From assembly GCA_051294375.1 (NCBI GenBank), contig CM119263.1, positions 22,842,833-22,906,832 of the forward strand: DNA of 64,000 bases. The letters run 5' to 3'. The DNA comes from Paraspadella gotoi. Lineage: Eukaryota > Animalia > Chaetognatha. This document shows positions 51,894-64,000 of this stretch, in pieces. Below the pieces are notes generated by a model, which saw only the letters and a program-made list of their open reading frames with translations, searched no databases and was not told the origin of the DNA. Positions within the stretch are counted from its first letter, which is position 1. Every line of letters begins with the position of its first letter. The translations under genes and the position numbers were made by a program.

Positions 51894-52542
51894 TTTCCTA
51901 TTTCTCTATCTCCGTATTGGATTCTCCTCCCTCCCTTAATCTTCCATCGTCGATCCCCTCGTTCCCAAAATCGATTTCTCTTTTCCCAAATCGTTCTTTC
52001 ATCGCCATTTTCCAGATTTTAGGATAACATCTATTTGCAATTATTTCATTTAATACTTTTAAATTAATAATTCAAGAAAATCAGGCCACGTTTGAAACTT
52101 TAAAATCTATATATATATCAATTTAAAAATAATTTAAACTAATGCTTTCTAATATATATTAATCCAATATTTGATTACAAATGGAGTTTTAACGAAAACT
52201 GGCGCCAATGATTGTGACAACCGTCTAACAAATGCTTATCGCGCCGAATCGATAATGGTTTACGCACCGATTGGTTAGTCGTCGCGCCTGAACGACGCGC
52301 TCCCGGCGCAAAATCAGACGCCGGTTCCGAAGGTCATCGCTCGTAGGGCGCCACCTGATAACGCGAACCAGGGGGCGCCTGATCACAAACGCGATAAGAA
52401 ATTAAAGAGGCGGTTCTTTCGCTTCTTTTCTCTTTGTTTTAGATTGCCTTTTTTTTTCTCGTAGGTTCATTTCCTTTTTTTTAATGATTTATCAACGTTA
52501 TATTACACAAATGACAATCCAATTCACTTTCCCCCTCCCCAG

Positions 52543-52707
52543 TTTTGGCGATCAGCGACATAGTGGTCCTCTGGTACAACCTCTTAAACTGGGTCTCCCT
52601 CCATTTCTTCCCGCGCGACGTCATCACGGATTCGTTCTGCAACATCAAGATGATCGTCGGCGACACTGGATACTTTTGCGCTTATTGGACCATCGTCGTC
52701 ATCGCAG
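52543..52707 (+). CDS. GPCR coding exon 2 (TM2, ECL1, TM3)
   Basis: Acceptor TTTCCCCCTCCCCAG|. Contains the LAISD TM2 motif and the conserved TM3 Cys (FCNIK). Phase-1 donor GCAG|GTCTTT (weak). Confidence 0.88.
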
Positions 52708-53112
52708 GTCTTTTTTTTTTTCTAGAAAGTTACAATTTTCCTGATGCATGTTTCGACCTTTTGTGTAAACCAAATGAAACTATTTACAGTTACAGTATGC
52801 ATATTGTAGTAGATATTCGTTTCAGTCGGTGTCGCAAAAGTTAAAAAGTTACCAGAGCGTTAAAACTCACGAAGAAGTGAAAAAATAAATAAAGAAAGTC
52901 CCCAGATGTTTCATTAAGAAGACTGACACTCTCACAGCTTTAAGATGTATAAATAATTCATTTGACCGATAGATAAATTAAGTGATTAAAAGTGATTAAC
53001 CTTTACTTTTGGTATCTTTAATATCGATATTCGTCCATCTGTTTTCAGCATTTAAAGGATTAAACAATGAAACCATCCCTCGATCATGGTCTTTTTTCTC
53101 CCCTTATAATAG

Positions 53113-53722
53113 GGGTAGCCGCACTCAATGGGGTGAGTCAAAAATTTAGAGCGAGTACTTGCTCAAACGAATATTTAGACATTTTTAAGAATACTTTCAA
53201 TGGACAAAAAATTTCTAATATGGCTCTATAACCTAGTAATTAATTTTTTAATATTTATTTATAGATAGGAAAGGCCAAAAAATTTTTTTAGAATTTTAAA
53301 ATTTTAAGACCAGATTCAGATAGCTCATAAAAAGTTGTCTACACAAAGTATAATTCTTTTTTAAATATTTTTATGATAAGTGTGTCAAAAATAAGAAAAA
53401 CCGTAAAAAATCATCATCATCATCATCTTTCGATGATTTTTTCATTTTTTTGATATTTTCACTTAGAAAACGTAAGAATTTTTAAAAGCTGTAATTATAT
53501 TTCTTGTTTAACTTTTTATGCTCTATCAGAATACATCAAAACAATTTAAGATTTAAAAAAAAATTTTTTGCTCTATATAGTAATATAATATTTTTAATTA
53601 GGATAGTACCCTCAGAAGAAAGCATTTTTGACAAAAAATATTTTAATACCATAATCTATGGTCATGATAGATTATTTTAACGCTGTATACATTAGCATTT
53701 AAATTTCATCGGCTATGGCTAC
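53113..53722. mobile_element. Probable non-autonomous DNA transposon with GTAGCC...GGCTAC ends
   Basis: Short inverted ends. The right part is the reverse complement of segments at ~12468-12720. No clear TSD. Confidence 0.4.
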
Positions 53723-54158
53723 TTATAAAATAGGTCAAGCGGAAAGGCAAAAGGGGGGAAAAAATGATAAAAAGTCCCGTAATGGACGGTTAAGCGTCGG
53801 ATAATAATCCCTCCCCGAGACTCACTTCTCCAGTTTAACTTTTAATAACCTTCGAGGATGGTTAATGTTTTTAAAAGGATTAACTTTACAATAAACAAGC
53901 TAAATAAAGAGAAAAAATAATTAATAAAACTCTGTACTTGCTTTTCAATTACTATAATTAGGTTTCGCTAAAGATCGAAATTTACTCATCGTTAAATCGA
54001 ATTTTTTTACCCTCGCTGAGGGGTTTGCTTTATTTTGTTACAAAATGTATTCGATACGTTTATTGATTAGCGAGACAGATTAATAATAATATTATTATTA
54101 TCATAATATTATTAATATTTACTCAATAACAAGAATGTAAATATAATTCCTTTGACAG

Positions 54159-54388
54159 CCAAACGCTTCATAGCCACGTGGGATCCCCTCCGCGCCCGGC
54201 GTTCCTCCCTCGTCGATCGCAAATGCTGGATCATCCTCTCCTCCATGGTCTTCACCGGCGTTGTCCTCTCCCTCCACTACATTTGGACCACCGGCGTCAC
54301 CACTGGCTCCGACGACGCCGAGAAAGACGACGACGCCGGCGACGTCAGCGTCAAGTACTGCGGCATCATTTATGCAGAGTCCCAGTGG
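54159..54388 (+). CDS. GPCR coding exon 3 (end of TM3, TM4, ECL2)
   Basis: Acceptor TTCCTTTGACAG|. Reads AKRFIATWDPLRAR, with a TM4 Trp and an ECL2 Cys. Consensus phase-0 donor TGG|GTGAGT. Exons for TM5-7 were not found in the window. Confidence 0.88.
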
Positions 54389-57171
54389 GTGAGTGGAAAT
54401 ATGGAAAGATAGAGAAGCACAGAGAAGTGATAATGAAGAATAATGGGCCTCGATTTAAAAAAAAAAAAAAAAAGGGATGGGATGATCAGATACACGAAGG
54501 AAGATAATATTAGTAGTAGGAGAAGGGAATATGCGAAACACTAAAATCCGGACGTTTTACGGAGAGAGAATACGTAAAATTATGGTAATTGAGAATTTAT
54601 AAATAATAAATGAATTTAATAAATTTAATAAAATTTAAGTAAAATTACTCTAGTTAATTTTTTTACTTCCCTAATCCCTATCCGTTGAGGTGAATATAAT
54701 GATTATTCCTTGGAATATTAAAAAAACAAGAACGGGAATACCAATGTGTTGCGCCGCAGTGACTTTATTTTTACATATGACATCACATAACATGAGTAAA
54801 AAACTTTCTTTGCCCGTGCATGTATGACCTGCACTGCATCAAAATTCCGTCTTTTATTCCTTATAGTTTTATGAATAAAAGAAAAAACGAAAAAAAAAAT
54901 CTTAAAGAAAATGATTCCGAGAAAAAGAAATCGAGATTACAAAAATCTAAAAAAAAACTTTTTAAAAAAACTTTGCTTTCTCCCCCTTCTGACTTTATTT
55001 TTAGTCCGCAGATTGGCTTTTCGCAGAATAATTTTTGTTTCAAGGCTAGTCTTGTAGCAGGCAATGTTTTTTAATGACGGAGCCGATTTCAGAGTTTTTC
55101 TCTCCCATAAAAAAGCAAAAGAACTAATTGTCTCCAGACTAATCTCTGTCGAGGAAAAAGAACTCATTTGAAGCCCTGATTGCCAGAAACTTAAATGGTT
55201 GCCATAGAAACCATAACGAGTAAAGCCGGGGCAACCAAAACAACCGCTTGGAATATTTTAAAGCGTCGCTCCCATCCAGTTCATTGAACCGCGTGAAAAA
55301 TGTGAAATCGATTTTTTTTTTGGTGCCGCGATACCCTATAATTGTCCAATGGCTACATATCATCCTGGTTTTCTATTTTTTGCCAGTTTTTCACGTCACC
55401 GTCATCACCTGACATTTTTATGATCGTCGCGTGACTCGAGCGGATGCGCGGTGTCAACCGTAACACTTTTATGTAAAACTATTTGCGTATCTATGATTTC
55501 ATTCATTAGATAATCGTTCAATGCGTTGATCACGCAATCATCTCTTGATCCTCAAGGCGCGGAGTGATCATCGCGTGACGTTTGGAAATTCATCCAGTTA
55601 TCGTCACGTGATCATCCTGGCTTCCCCTTTACACGTGAGACGAGAAAATGATGAATGGCGATGGAGGCGTGGTCTTGACGGGCGGAGGCGTTGATGCATG
55701 TGTCTCTCATCTATCGGCGTCGCGACGTAACGCGGCCGCGCGGCGGCGTATCGCGTTGCCAAGTGACGGACGAGCGCGCGTGCGGACAGACGCTTCGTGG
55801 CGGGGGTTGGGTGAGAAAAGTCTGTATATTTGCGTGACGATTGTCGCTTTATGGCGCTGTGTTTACGCTCGTAAAATCTACTGCCGGAATTTCTGCCGCA
55901 AGAACTTGTTAATCGGTCGGTCGTAGTCGATAAAATTTATAAAACGTGAATTTAAGTGCAGTAATAACTAATATTTTGTGGACGAACAACACGCAACCTC
56001 TGTCAAACCATTGACCTTACTTTCAACTTTACCCTCGATTGTTTTCCCCGAGTTTCTTTATGGTCAATCCTGACCTTCGTAAATATCCATTGTTATAGAC
56101 TTAGCATCTGAGCCTTTTGACTGTTATCGTTATTAACTTGTTGAAAAATAAAATTATTCTTAATCTGTAACTTGTGTCGTCCACAATGTAAAAAAATGAC
56201 TTTTTCCCATTTTAGAGCACTTATCATTTAAATCAATGATATTAGATACACTCTCTCTCTCTCCTCTCCCCACCCCCAATCTTCCAGATGGCAACGATGA
56301 TGTAACTCTTCTTGCATTCCGCTCCATCCATTTGTGTCCTATTTGGAGATTTGCGGAAAGTTGAAATGTCGAAATAAAACTAATTGTGAGATTCACCGCT
56401 CGGTAACCGACTGTTTCAAAGTTGAAACGGTTTTATTTATAAGCAAACTCTCTTACCTCTCACTCCCCTTGGCAGTCAATGCCAACTTCTTTTCCCTTTA
56501 TCTTGTCCAAATCGTCGAATGAATGGCCTCGTGACAGAATCATCCAAAAAATTGTGACGGTCCTCAAGGAGACACGAGGCACGTCTGAAAATGGCATTGT
56601 CCCCCAGCCACTTCCGTCTCTCTACTCATAGTAAATGCTTTCTCCCTTCAATTTAAAATAATTATTATTTATGATTTTATTTATTTGTTAAAATATTTTT
56701 GTGTTGAATATTTAAATATAATATTATTTATCTGTTTGGGATGGGGACGGAAATAAAGGGAAATAAATATGGGGATGGAAATAAAGGGTGCATCCACACA
56801 ACCCAAGGTCCTCACGAGTCTCAGAATTTACGAAGACAATTCAATAGAAACTTTTCCAGGATAATTCATGTCGTACAACCGCAGGAAATGAAAGACTTTT
56901 CGATCACACGAGAAATGTTTTTTAATCGCGATATGATTTTTTTTGCGGCCGAAGGCGAAATTGAAATCAAATTACAAAAAAAAAAAAAAGTTAATCTGCA
57001 TTTTTAATTTTCAGAAACGTGGATGATTAGTGACCCTCTCGGCAAAGAATTAAATCGTTTTATTATTTTTACTTTATGTGTAAAATTGTAAATCCTTTCT
57101 TTTTTGTTGTGTTTGTAGATTAAAGAAACAGTTTGAATAAATTTGCAACAACAATTGGTTTATTGATAGAG

Positions 57172-57206
57172 GATCATGTTTCGGCTCAAATTCGAGCCTT
57201 CATCAG
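57172..57206 (-). ncRNA. Degenerate minimal hammerhead of the same Penelope-like family
   Basis: CUGAUGA-A-GGCUC(GAAUUU)GAGCC-GAAACAUGAUC. Helix II is intact but helices III and I are disrupted. Further relics at ~15024-15060 and ~23270-23303. Confidence 0.55.
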
Positions 57207-57252
57207 CGCCAAATTGTTTTGTGAATTACTCACAATTTTTCTTTTAAAGAAG

Positions 57253-57321
<69 letters not shown>

Positions 57322-58078
57322 AAGTTTCCAACACAGAGTTTGGAAAGGACAGTGATCAGTGGTGCGAATAGGCCAAGGGTAAGGACAGATTGATTTTAGT
57401 TTTTGAAAAGAAAATTTATACAAACTGTACCCTTATTTTTACTTAAAACTTAAAAGGCATTAACAAAGTCGAGCAGTCTTATTTACAATTATATAATATA
57501 TATACATATTATACATATACGTTTTATATCACGATTAAAACTGAATACATTTTTATCGTCGCAATCGCTAAGCGTTTGCGACGATATTGTAACACTTTTG
57601 CGCATAAGTGGCGTCGGCGTCGTCGTCGTTGTCGTCGTCGTCGTCGTCGTCGTCGTCGGCGTTCCAAATTATAGATCACCTTTTTTTATGATTAAATTTG
57701 GGTTTATGAAGCTGAAAATTTATATACAGCTTCTCATCATCGATGTGCTTAAAATTGAGTCTGGACAGTTATTAAATATGTTTTGTTTACGTTTTATCAA
57801 AACAAACAAATTTTCTCTCTTTTATTTTCATATTTCTCTCTCTCTCTCTCTTTTCTTTTAATTACATGTATCTCTCCCTCTCTCTTTTCCCTATTCACTG
57901 ATTCATAATCATAGGGAAAAAACGAGTCTGCAGCTGGCTCTGCAGGGGCTTATTCTTTTTCTTTATTTTCTCCTGCTGCTTTTGCTGCTGCCTTTTGAGT
58001 CTGCAGCTGGCTCTGCAGGGGCTCTCTCTTTTTCTCTCTTTTCTCCTGCTGCTTTTGCTGCTGTCATTTGATTTCTTT

Positions 58079-58116
<38 letters not shown>

Positions 58117-60801
58117 CCTCTCTCTCTCTGTGTTTTTATTAAAAAAAAAAAAATTGAATTCGGATTGAACTCGTAAAATTAGGCATCGCATTCGTGCATG
58201 TTATCATTTTGCTATAGTAACATCGTGTTTTTATTTCACTTTAGTCTTTACTTCACTTCGTCAGTCTGATTCAAGTGTTTAGATAGGTCGCATTCGATCA
58301 AACTAAAAGTAAAACAAAAGTACCTTCAATAATGTTACTCCAGTCTTAGCACTTGCTAAAAATTAAACTCGAAAATAAGTTATTTTACTGTTTTATATTT
58401 ATTCTTTTGACAATGAAAAAATTTTTTTTTTTTCAGAAACTAACTGTAAATTGACAATCGCAAAATAGAATTTTTCTTTCTGTTTATAAATTAATTTTCT
58501 TTTTTTCCCCTTTCAATTCTTTCTTTCCTTTCTATTCTTTCTTTCCTTTCTTTTTATTTTTATTCTTTCTTTTCTTTCTTTCCTTTTTATTCTTTCTTTT
58601 CTTTCTTTCCTTTCTTTTCTTTCTTTCCTTTCTATTCTTTCTTTCCTTTCTATTTTTTTTTCTATTCTTTCTTTCCTTTCTTTCCTTTCTATTCTTTATT
58701 TATTCTTTTCTTCTTTTTCTTTCTGTTTATAATTTTTTTTTTTTCAAAATTGATTTTTTTTAGTATTGTGGAAGACCACGACATAGAGAGTAGGGAGACA
58801 TTTATTATGTATGAGGTAAAACATTGAAGAGACATAACATAGTGAATATGTTGAAACATAGGTAATAACATGTGTACAGTTCGAAGGTTGAAACGGTTGT
58901 GTCTCTCGTGGCTACGGCCACGACGGAAGAAACCCGTTGAAGCCCGGGACGACGAGACCAATGACCGGAGTTCTGAGGTCATGTGGTCGTTGAGGGAAAA
59001 GAAAGAGAGAGTCGAGGTAACTCGGCCTCAGTATCAAAATTTGTCGTCAATCCAGATTTTTCTTATGCAATTGCGACGATCCTTATGCTTTTAAGATTTT
59101 TAATTAAAGCTTTAATTTGAGACCTCTCACAACTTTCTGCGATTTTTAGTTAAATTGAATTATAAATAAAAATTAATTTAAAAAAAAGATTAATCAATTA
59201 GTACTTTTGAACGAATTATTCTTAAAAGTAAAGATGTTCTCAAAATGCAGTTCTACTTATTAGGCTTTAAAACAAATTTCTGTGAGTTCTGAGTTAGATG
59301 GCTAACGTTGAACTCAAATGATAGAATTCTTGTTATTATTATTGTACACGAATTGTCAGATCGACAATCTCGTAAAATAATTTTCCTTGCCACGTCAGGG
59401 ACGTCGTCGTTACGCATCAACCGAAAAAAATGTATGATTCTTGATAAGCGAATAATTTTTTCCCCTTCTCTTACTTACACATCTCTTCAGGGAACCCGGA
59501 TGTATATATCTTGCCTTTTGCACGTATTTGACAATTTATCGACTATTTCTTTCACCGTAACGAGCTCTCGCTACGATACTTTCTCTCGTTGTAAAAAACG
59601 CCTCCCTTTTTTTCCCCCCGTCACGCCGTGCTGTAAACGAGCTGGGAAGATGGCGCTTATCGCTCTGTCTTTTGTCCGTCGGAATTAGATTTAGTTTAAA
59701 AAATATAAAAAGTTAATTAGAAAAGCGTAGAATTGCGAGGCCGTTTCTGCCCTTTAAACTAATCCAAATTAAAAGACTGTTGAAAAATATTTTTTTAAAA
59801 AAGCAAAATTGAAGTATTAAATCATTCTTGGGCGTTATCGACAAAGCTTGATAATGACATTATCAAAGTGAATGAAACGTAAAATGTACTTGTATACACT
59901 ATTTAAAGGTCATGTATCACGACGGGATCCACGAAATTAAACATTCATTCGCCTAAAAAAAAAAATTAAAAAACGTGAGATGCTGTCTGCCACTTCTGGC
60001 GCGGCCTCGGTATTTAGCCGACTCCTGCCAACAATTTATTTTCTCCCCACCTCCTTTTGGTGCCAACTCGTCCGCCATTGAAACGAGAGGTAGGGGAAGA
60101 CCCAAAAAGGGGGGAATAGGGGGTCCCAAGGGTTGGGAGGAAACCCAAAGGGGTCCAGCCGAAAGCCTTAACACCTGATGTCCTCAGGGTGTTATTGTCA
60201 AGGTTCGGGGACTGGATCATTTCGACTGCTTAGTTGTTGCTGCAGAACAGAATTATTTCAATTTCTCTCAAGTTTAGTCAATTAATAACGTTTTTGTATA
60301 TGGTATATTTGTTTCGGCTTTGAGACAGAGACTGAAGCTGAGACTGAAACCTAAGCCCTTCTGAGCTCAGAGTGGGAAATGTTTATCATTTTTCTTTTTC
60401 CTTCGTGAGCCGCGTCGCCCTTCCCCACATTGAATCTTCCTCGCCCCTCGCAAACTCCTTTCCCTGACTAAAAACACGGATTCTTTAACCCGATTTCACA
60501 GTAGGGAACTTTTCCCGACTCACGTTTGAAGTGGAACTTAACTAATTTAATCTCGTTTCCAAGAAACTCTGCTAATTATAATTCTCAAGGTTTCCCCTAA
60601 AGTCTGTTAAAAAGTTTTTATATTTTTTGATAACAAAACGATATAATCAAGTTTAAAGGCGAAGATATAATTTTATGAGATTTAAAAAAAAAAAAAACAA
60701 AAAAAAAACAGTCTTTGCTTAGGATATCATAAGATCATTTCATTGAGGTTTAACTACGTACTTACTTTTATTGCACAAAGCAAATGTAATCTTTCCAAGT
60801 A

Positions 60802-62805
60802 TGTCATCCTTCAGAATCGCCTCCCCCGGGGCGCTGCTAGGGGCGGCTCCGCGGGGTGGCCCGCGGGGCGGCCCCGGGGGCAAGCAAATCCTTACTGCCT
60901 AGGGGCGGCCCCCTGTAGCCTCTTTTTTTGGGCCCCAAGGGGCCACTCCAGGGGGAATCCCCCAGGGGCTAGAAAAACCTTTCCCCTGGGGGCCACCCCC
61001 GGGGGCATGAATTTGCCTGCCCCTGGAACGGCTCTCTCTCCCTCCTATTTCTCTCTCCTTTCCTCTCTTTCTCTCTCTCCCTCTCTCTCTCTTTCTCTAT
61101 CTCTTTTCTTTTTTCATCTTTTATTAAAATAAAATATAAAAATAAAAATAATATTTTTCACTTCAATTAATCAATCAATGAACCAACACCAATATGCATA
61201 ATTTGGTAAACTTGCATAATTTAGTCAAATGACATAATTTGGTCAACTGATATAATTTGGTCAACTTTTAGAATTTGATAAACTTGCATAATTTGTAAAC
61301 TTGCATAATTTGGTAAACTTGCATAATTTAGACAACTTGGATAATTTGGTCAACTTGCATAATTTGTCAACAATCAACTTAACAATTAGCTAATTATTAA
61401 TTTCATCTGTGAGAAATAGAAAGAAAGAAAGAGTGAGAAAATTTTTTTAATAAAATTCAAGTAAATGTGACTTTTGTTTTTTCCATTAAAACTCACTTTC
61501 ACTTGCACAACTTTTTTACCAACATACAAAATTTTATCTTAATTCATCTATGAAATTTATAATAGTAGAATAAAGAGTAGGATGGTTTTTTAATTCACTT
61601 ATAAAAATAATTAATTAATTAATTATTAATATCAGTCTTAAGTCTGTCCCACATTAGCATTAAGCTCAAATTATTCGTGATTAGATATATGGATTGGAAG
61701 AAATCTTGTGTATGGGTAGAAAAGTGTGTGATTGAGCTAGATATAAAGTTTTTGCTCACTCTCTCTCTCAAACCATCAGCCTTTCCTCAACAACGTGAGT
61801 TCATCAGAGGGAATCTATAAACTGACAATTTTAAATTACAAATCTTAAATGAAAAAAATTATTTCACGATGTGGAACTCATTTAATGTTGATCATGAATT
61901 AAAAATCTTGATGAATATTTTTTTTGGGGGGGGACTCCATAATTCACTAAGTAGATCTGTCGATTACTGCCTATTATTTTTTATTTATGATTTATTTAAT
62001 TCTTTTTTGAACATCAAATTATGAATATTTTTTTAAAAAATTATGTTTCTCTCTATTAGTCCATCAGTATGTCCATCCAAAAAAAAAAAGAAAAAAAGGA
62101 AAAAAAAGGAAAGAAAAAAAAAGAAAGATGACTGATTAGCTTCTTACCACTAAATATTGTGGCCACGTCATACATTGTTTGCTCAAACTTGTTTCTATAT
62201 CTTTTAATTGAAATAAAATAATTAAGTTCAAAAATACAAATATTATAATTTTAGATAAAATATGGAATAAACGAGTTAACAATAATTTTAAAAAAAATGT
62301 ATATTTTTTTTAGTTACATAAAACAAGTCTTGAATGATAGAGAGAGAGAAAAAGATAGAGAGAGAGAAAGAAAGAGAGAAAGAAAAAAGAAAGAAAAAAA
62401 AGAAAAAAAGAGAAAAAAAAAGAGAAGAGAGAGAGAAAGAGAGAAGAGAGAGAGAGAGAGAGAAGTGAGAGAGAAAGAGAAAGAGAGAAAGAGAGAGTAA
62501 CAGACAGGGAGAGATTCTCAGATACAATAACATTGTCAGAAAGTATATTTTTTTATCTAAACTTTGCTCTCTCCTTAACTCGCCCCAGGGGGAGCACTTT
62601 TTTGCTCCCCAAGGGGTTACCCCCAGGGGCAGACTTTTTTTGGCCCACAGGGGGCCGCCCCCAGGGGGTTCCCCCTGGGGCAAACATTTTGGGTCTATTA
62701 GGGGCGCCCCCTCAATGACCATTTTGCTGCTCCCCCTGGAATAGCCTGCCCCCTGGGGCGCCGCGCTAGAGGCCACCCGCGGGGCGGAGGATTTGGGAGA
62801 TGACA
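60802..62805. mobile_element. Putative non-autonomous DNA transposon with GC-rich subterminal regions
   Basis: TA|TGTCATC...GATGACA|TA. Both ends are rich in CCCC(A/T)GGGG palindromes, and a ~19-20-bp minisatellite lies inside at ~61195-61372. Confidence 0.5.
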
Positions 62806-63835
62806 TATCTCAATCTTTCACCCGTGCTTGCTCATTGTATGCTCAATGTATCAAAAAGGAATAAACAAAAAGAGAAAACACAATAAAAAAATGTACTGAG
62901 GATAAAAATTTAAAAAAATGAAATGAAATTTGTTTTACGATCCTAAGCCTCTGTATGGTTTGGTAATATTTACAAAAAATATGACCATCAGATTTTATTT
63001 AATAACAATAAACAATGTGCTGGTTATTTGCAGTAATTTTGGTCAGTTAACAGATATTTTCTTTTTAATATCTTGTTGAACTGTAGCAATCATAATAAAA
63101 AAACCTTACAAGACTAAACTAAAGTCTCCGAGGCACATTTTTTGTTCAAGTAGTCTCAGCATTTTGGGATAATTGAATACAAATTGATAGTTTGTATATA
63201 TGGAACAAAAAAATCGTCATTCTAAGTCGTCACTAATTCAACACTTGACCTGAATGTCTTTTGTTTACCGAAGAGACTTCACGAGGCGGATTTTTTATTT
63301 CGTCTTTTTCATCCTGGTTTTTCTCCGACATCCTTTCGGTCACGGATAGTGGCTTTGGCATCCCTTTCTTCCATTGCCTTCTTCGAAATTCAGTCACGAA
63401 AAGGCCTTTAATTTCTGTTCTTTTTTATTCATTCATTCATGTATTATTGTTTTGTTCATTAACATTACTGATAAAACCGATTAAGTCCCAGACATTGGTT
63501 TCTACATTATTTTCTTCGATTTTCGTTGATGAAATCAGCTTTGACCTCCTTATCTTTTTTGTCATCCTTTGGTCTGCGCTTTCTCGTTTCTCTTCCTTTT
63601 ACTATATATTAGTATATATTATTATAAAAGTTATGAAATTTTTTTTCTAATCTTTTTTTAAATTAAAAATTCGGTTTCCGAGAGACAGTCGCATAGATAA
63701 TAGATAGATATTAGATATTTGGACTTGTTTGTCTTCCTCCGTAGTTCTTTTTCCCTGTTTGATTAATTCAAGCTTTTTCCCCACAACAATAACCTCATAA
63801 GTCATCGGGTTACTCACTCTTTCTTTTTTTCCTTT

Positions 63836-63977
<142 letters not shown>

Positions 63978-64000
63978 CCATTATCCCCGTGATTGTTTTT

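Noticed and set aside
52344-52380. CTCF-like motifs (CCAGGGGGCGC)
   Set aside because: Only a partial consensus match, which cannot be supported without binding data.
63250-63600. Minus-strand coding remnant (KEEKRESADQ... / RTEIKGLFVTEF...)
   Set aside because: It has in-frame stops, no recognisable family and no convincing splice pair.

Overview
AT-rich, microsatellite-rich DNA from an invertebrate animal, with one 100-N assembly gap at 31264-31363. The only convincing host gene is a plus-strand rhodopsin-family GPCR. Three phase-compatible exons are visible (38299-38614, 52543-52707, 54159-54388) and the remaining exons were not found. Most of the rest is nested mobile DNA: a CsRn1-type Ty3/Gypsy element (tRNA-Trp PBS, CHCC Gag) with a hAT MITE in gag, a 6.6-kb non-coding LTR element, a solo LTR, several non-autonomous DNA transposons, and Penelope-type minimal hammerhead remnants. 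Main discovery: four otherwise unrelated small repeat families each contain a sequence that folds by eye into a circularly permuted (type-P5) twister ribozyme. Both pseudoknots covary between families, and P1 is reduced to a short palindrome in every family. The families are (1) a ~650-bp TRIM with 4-bp TSDs whose LTRs carry a tRNA-like head followed by the twister, resembling an animal LTR-retrozyme; (2) a second solo-LTR-like family; (3) a 324-bp tandem array plus a dispersed monomer; (4) a tRNA-headed SINE-like element. All ribozyme calls come from manual motif and pairing analysis and need covariance-model and cleavage tests.
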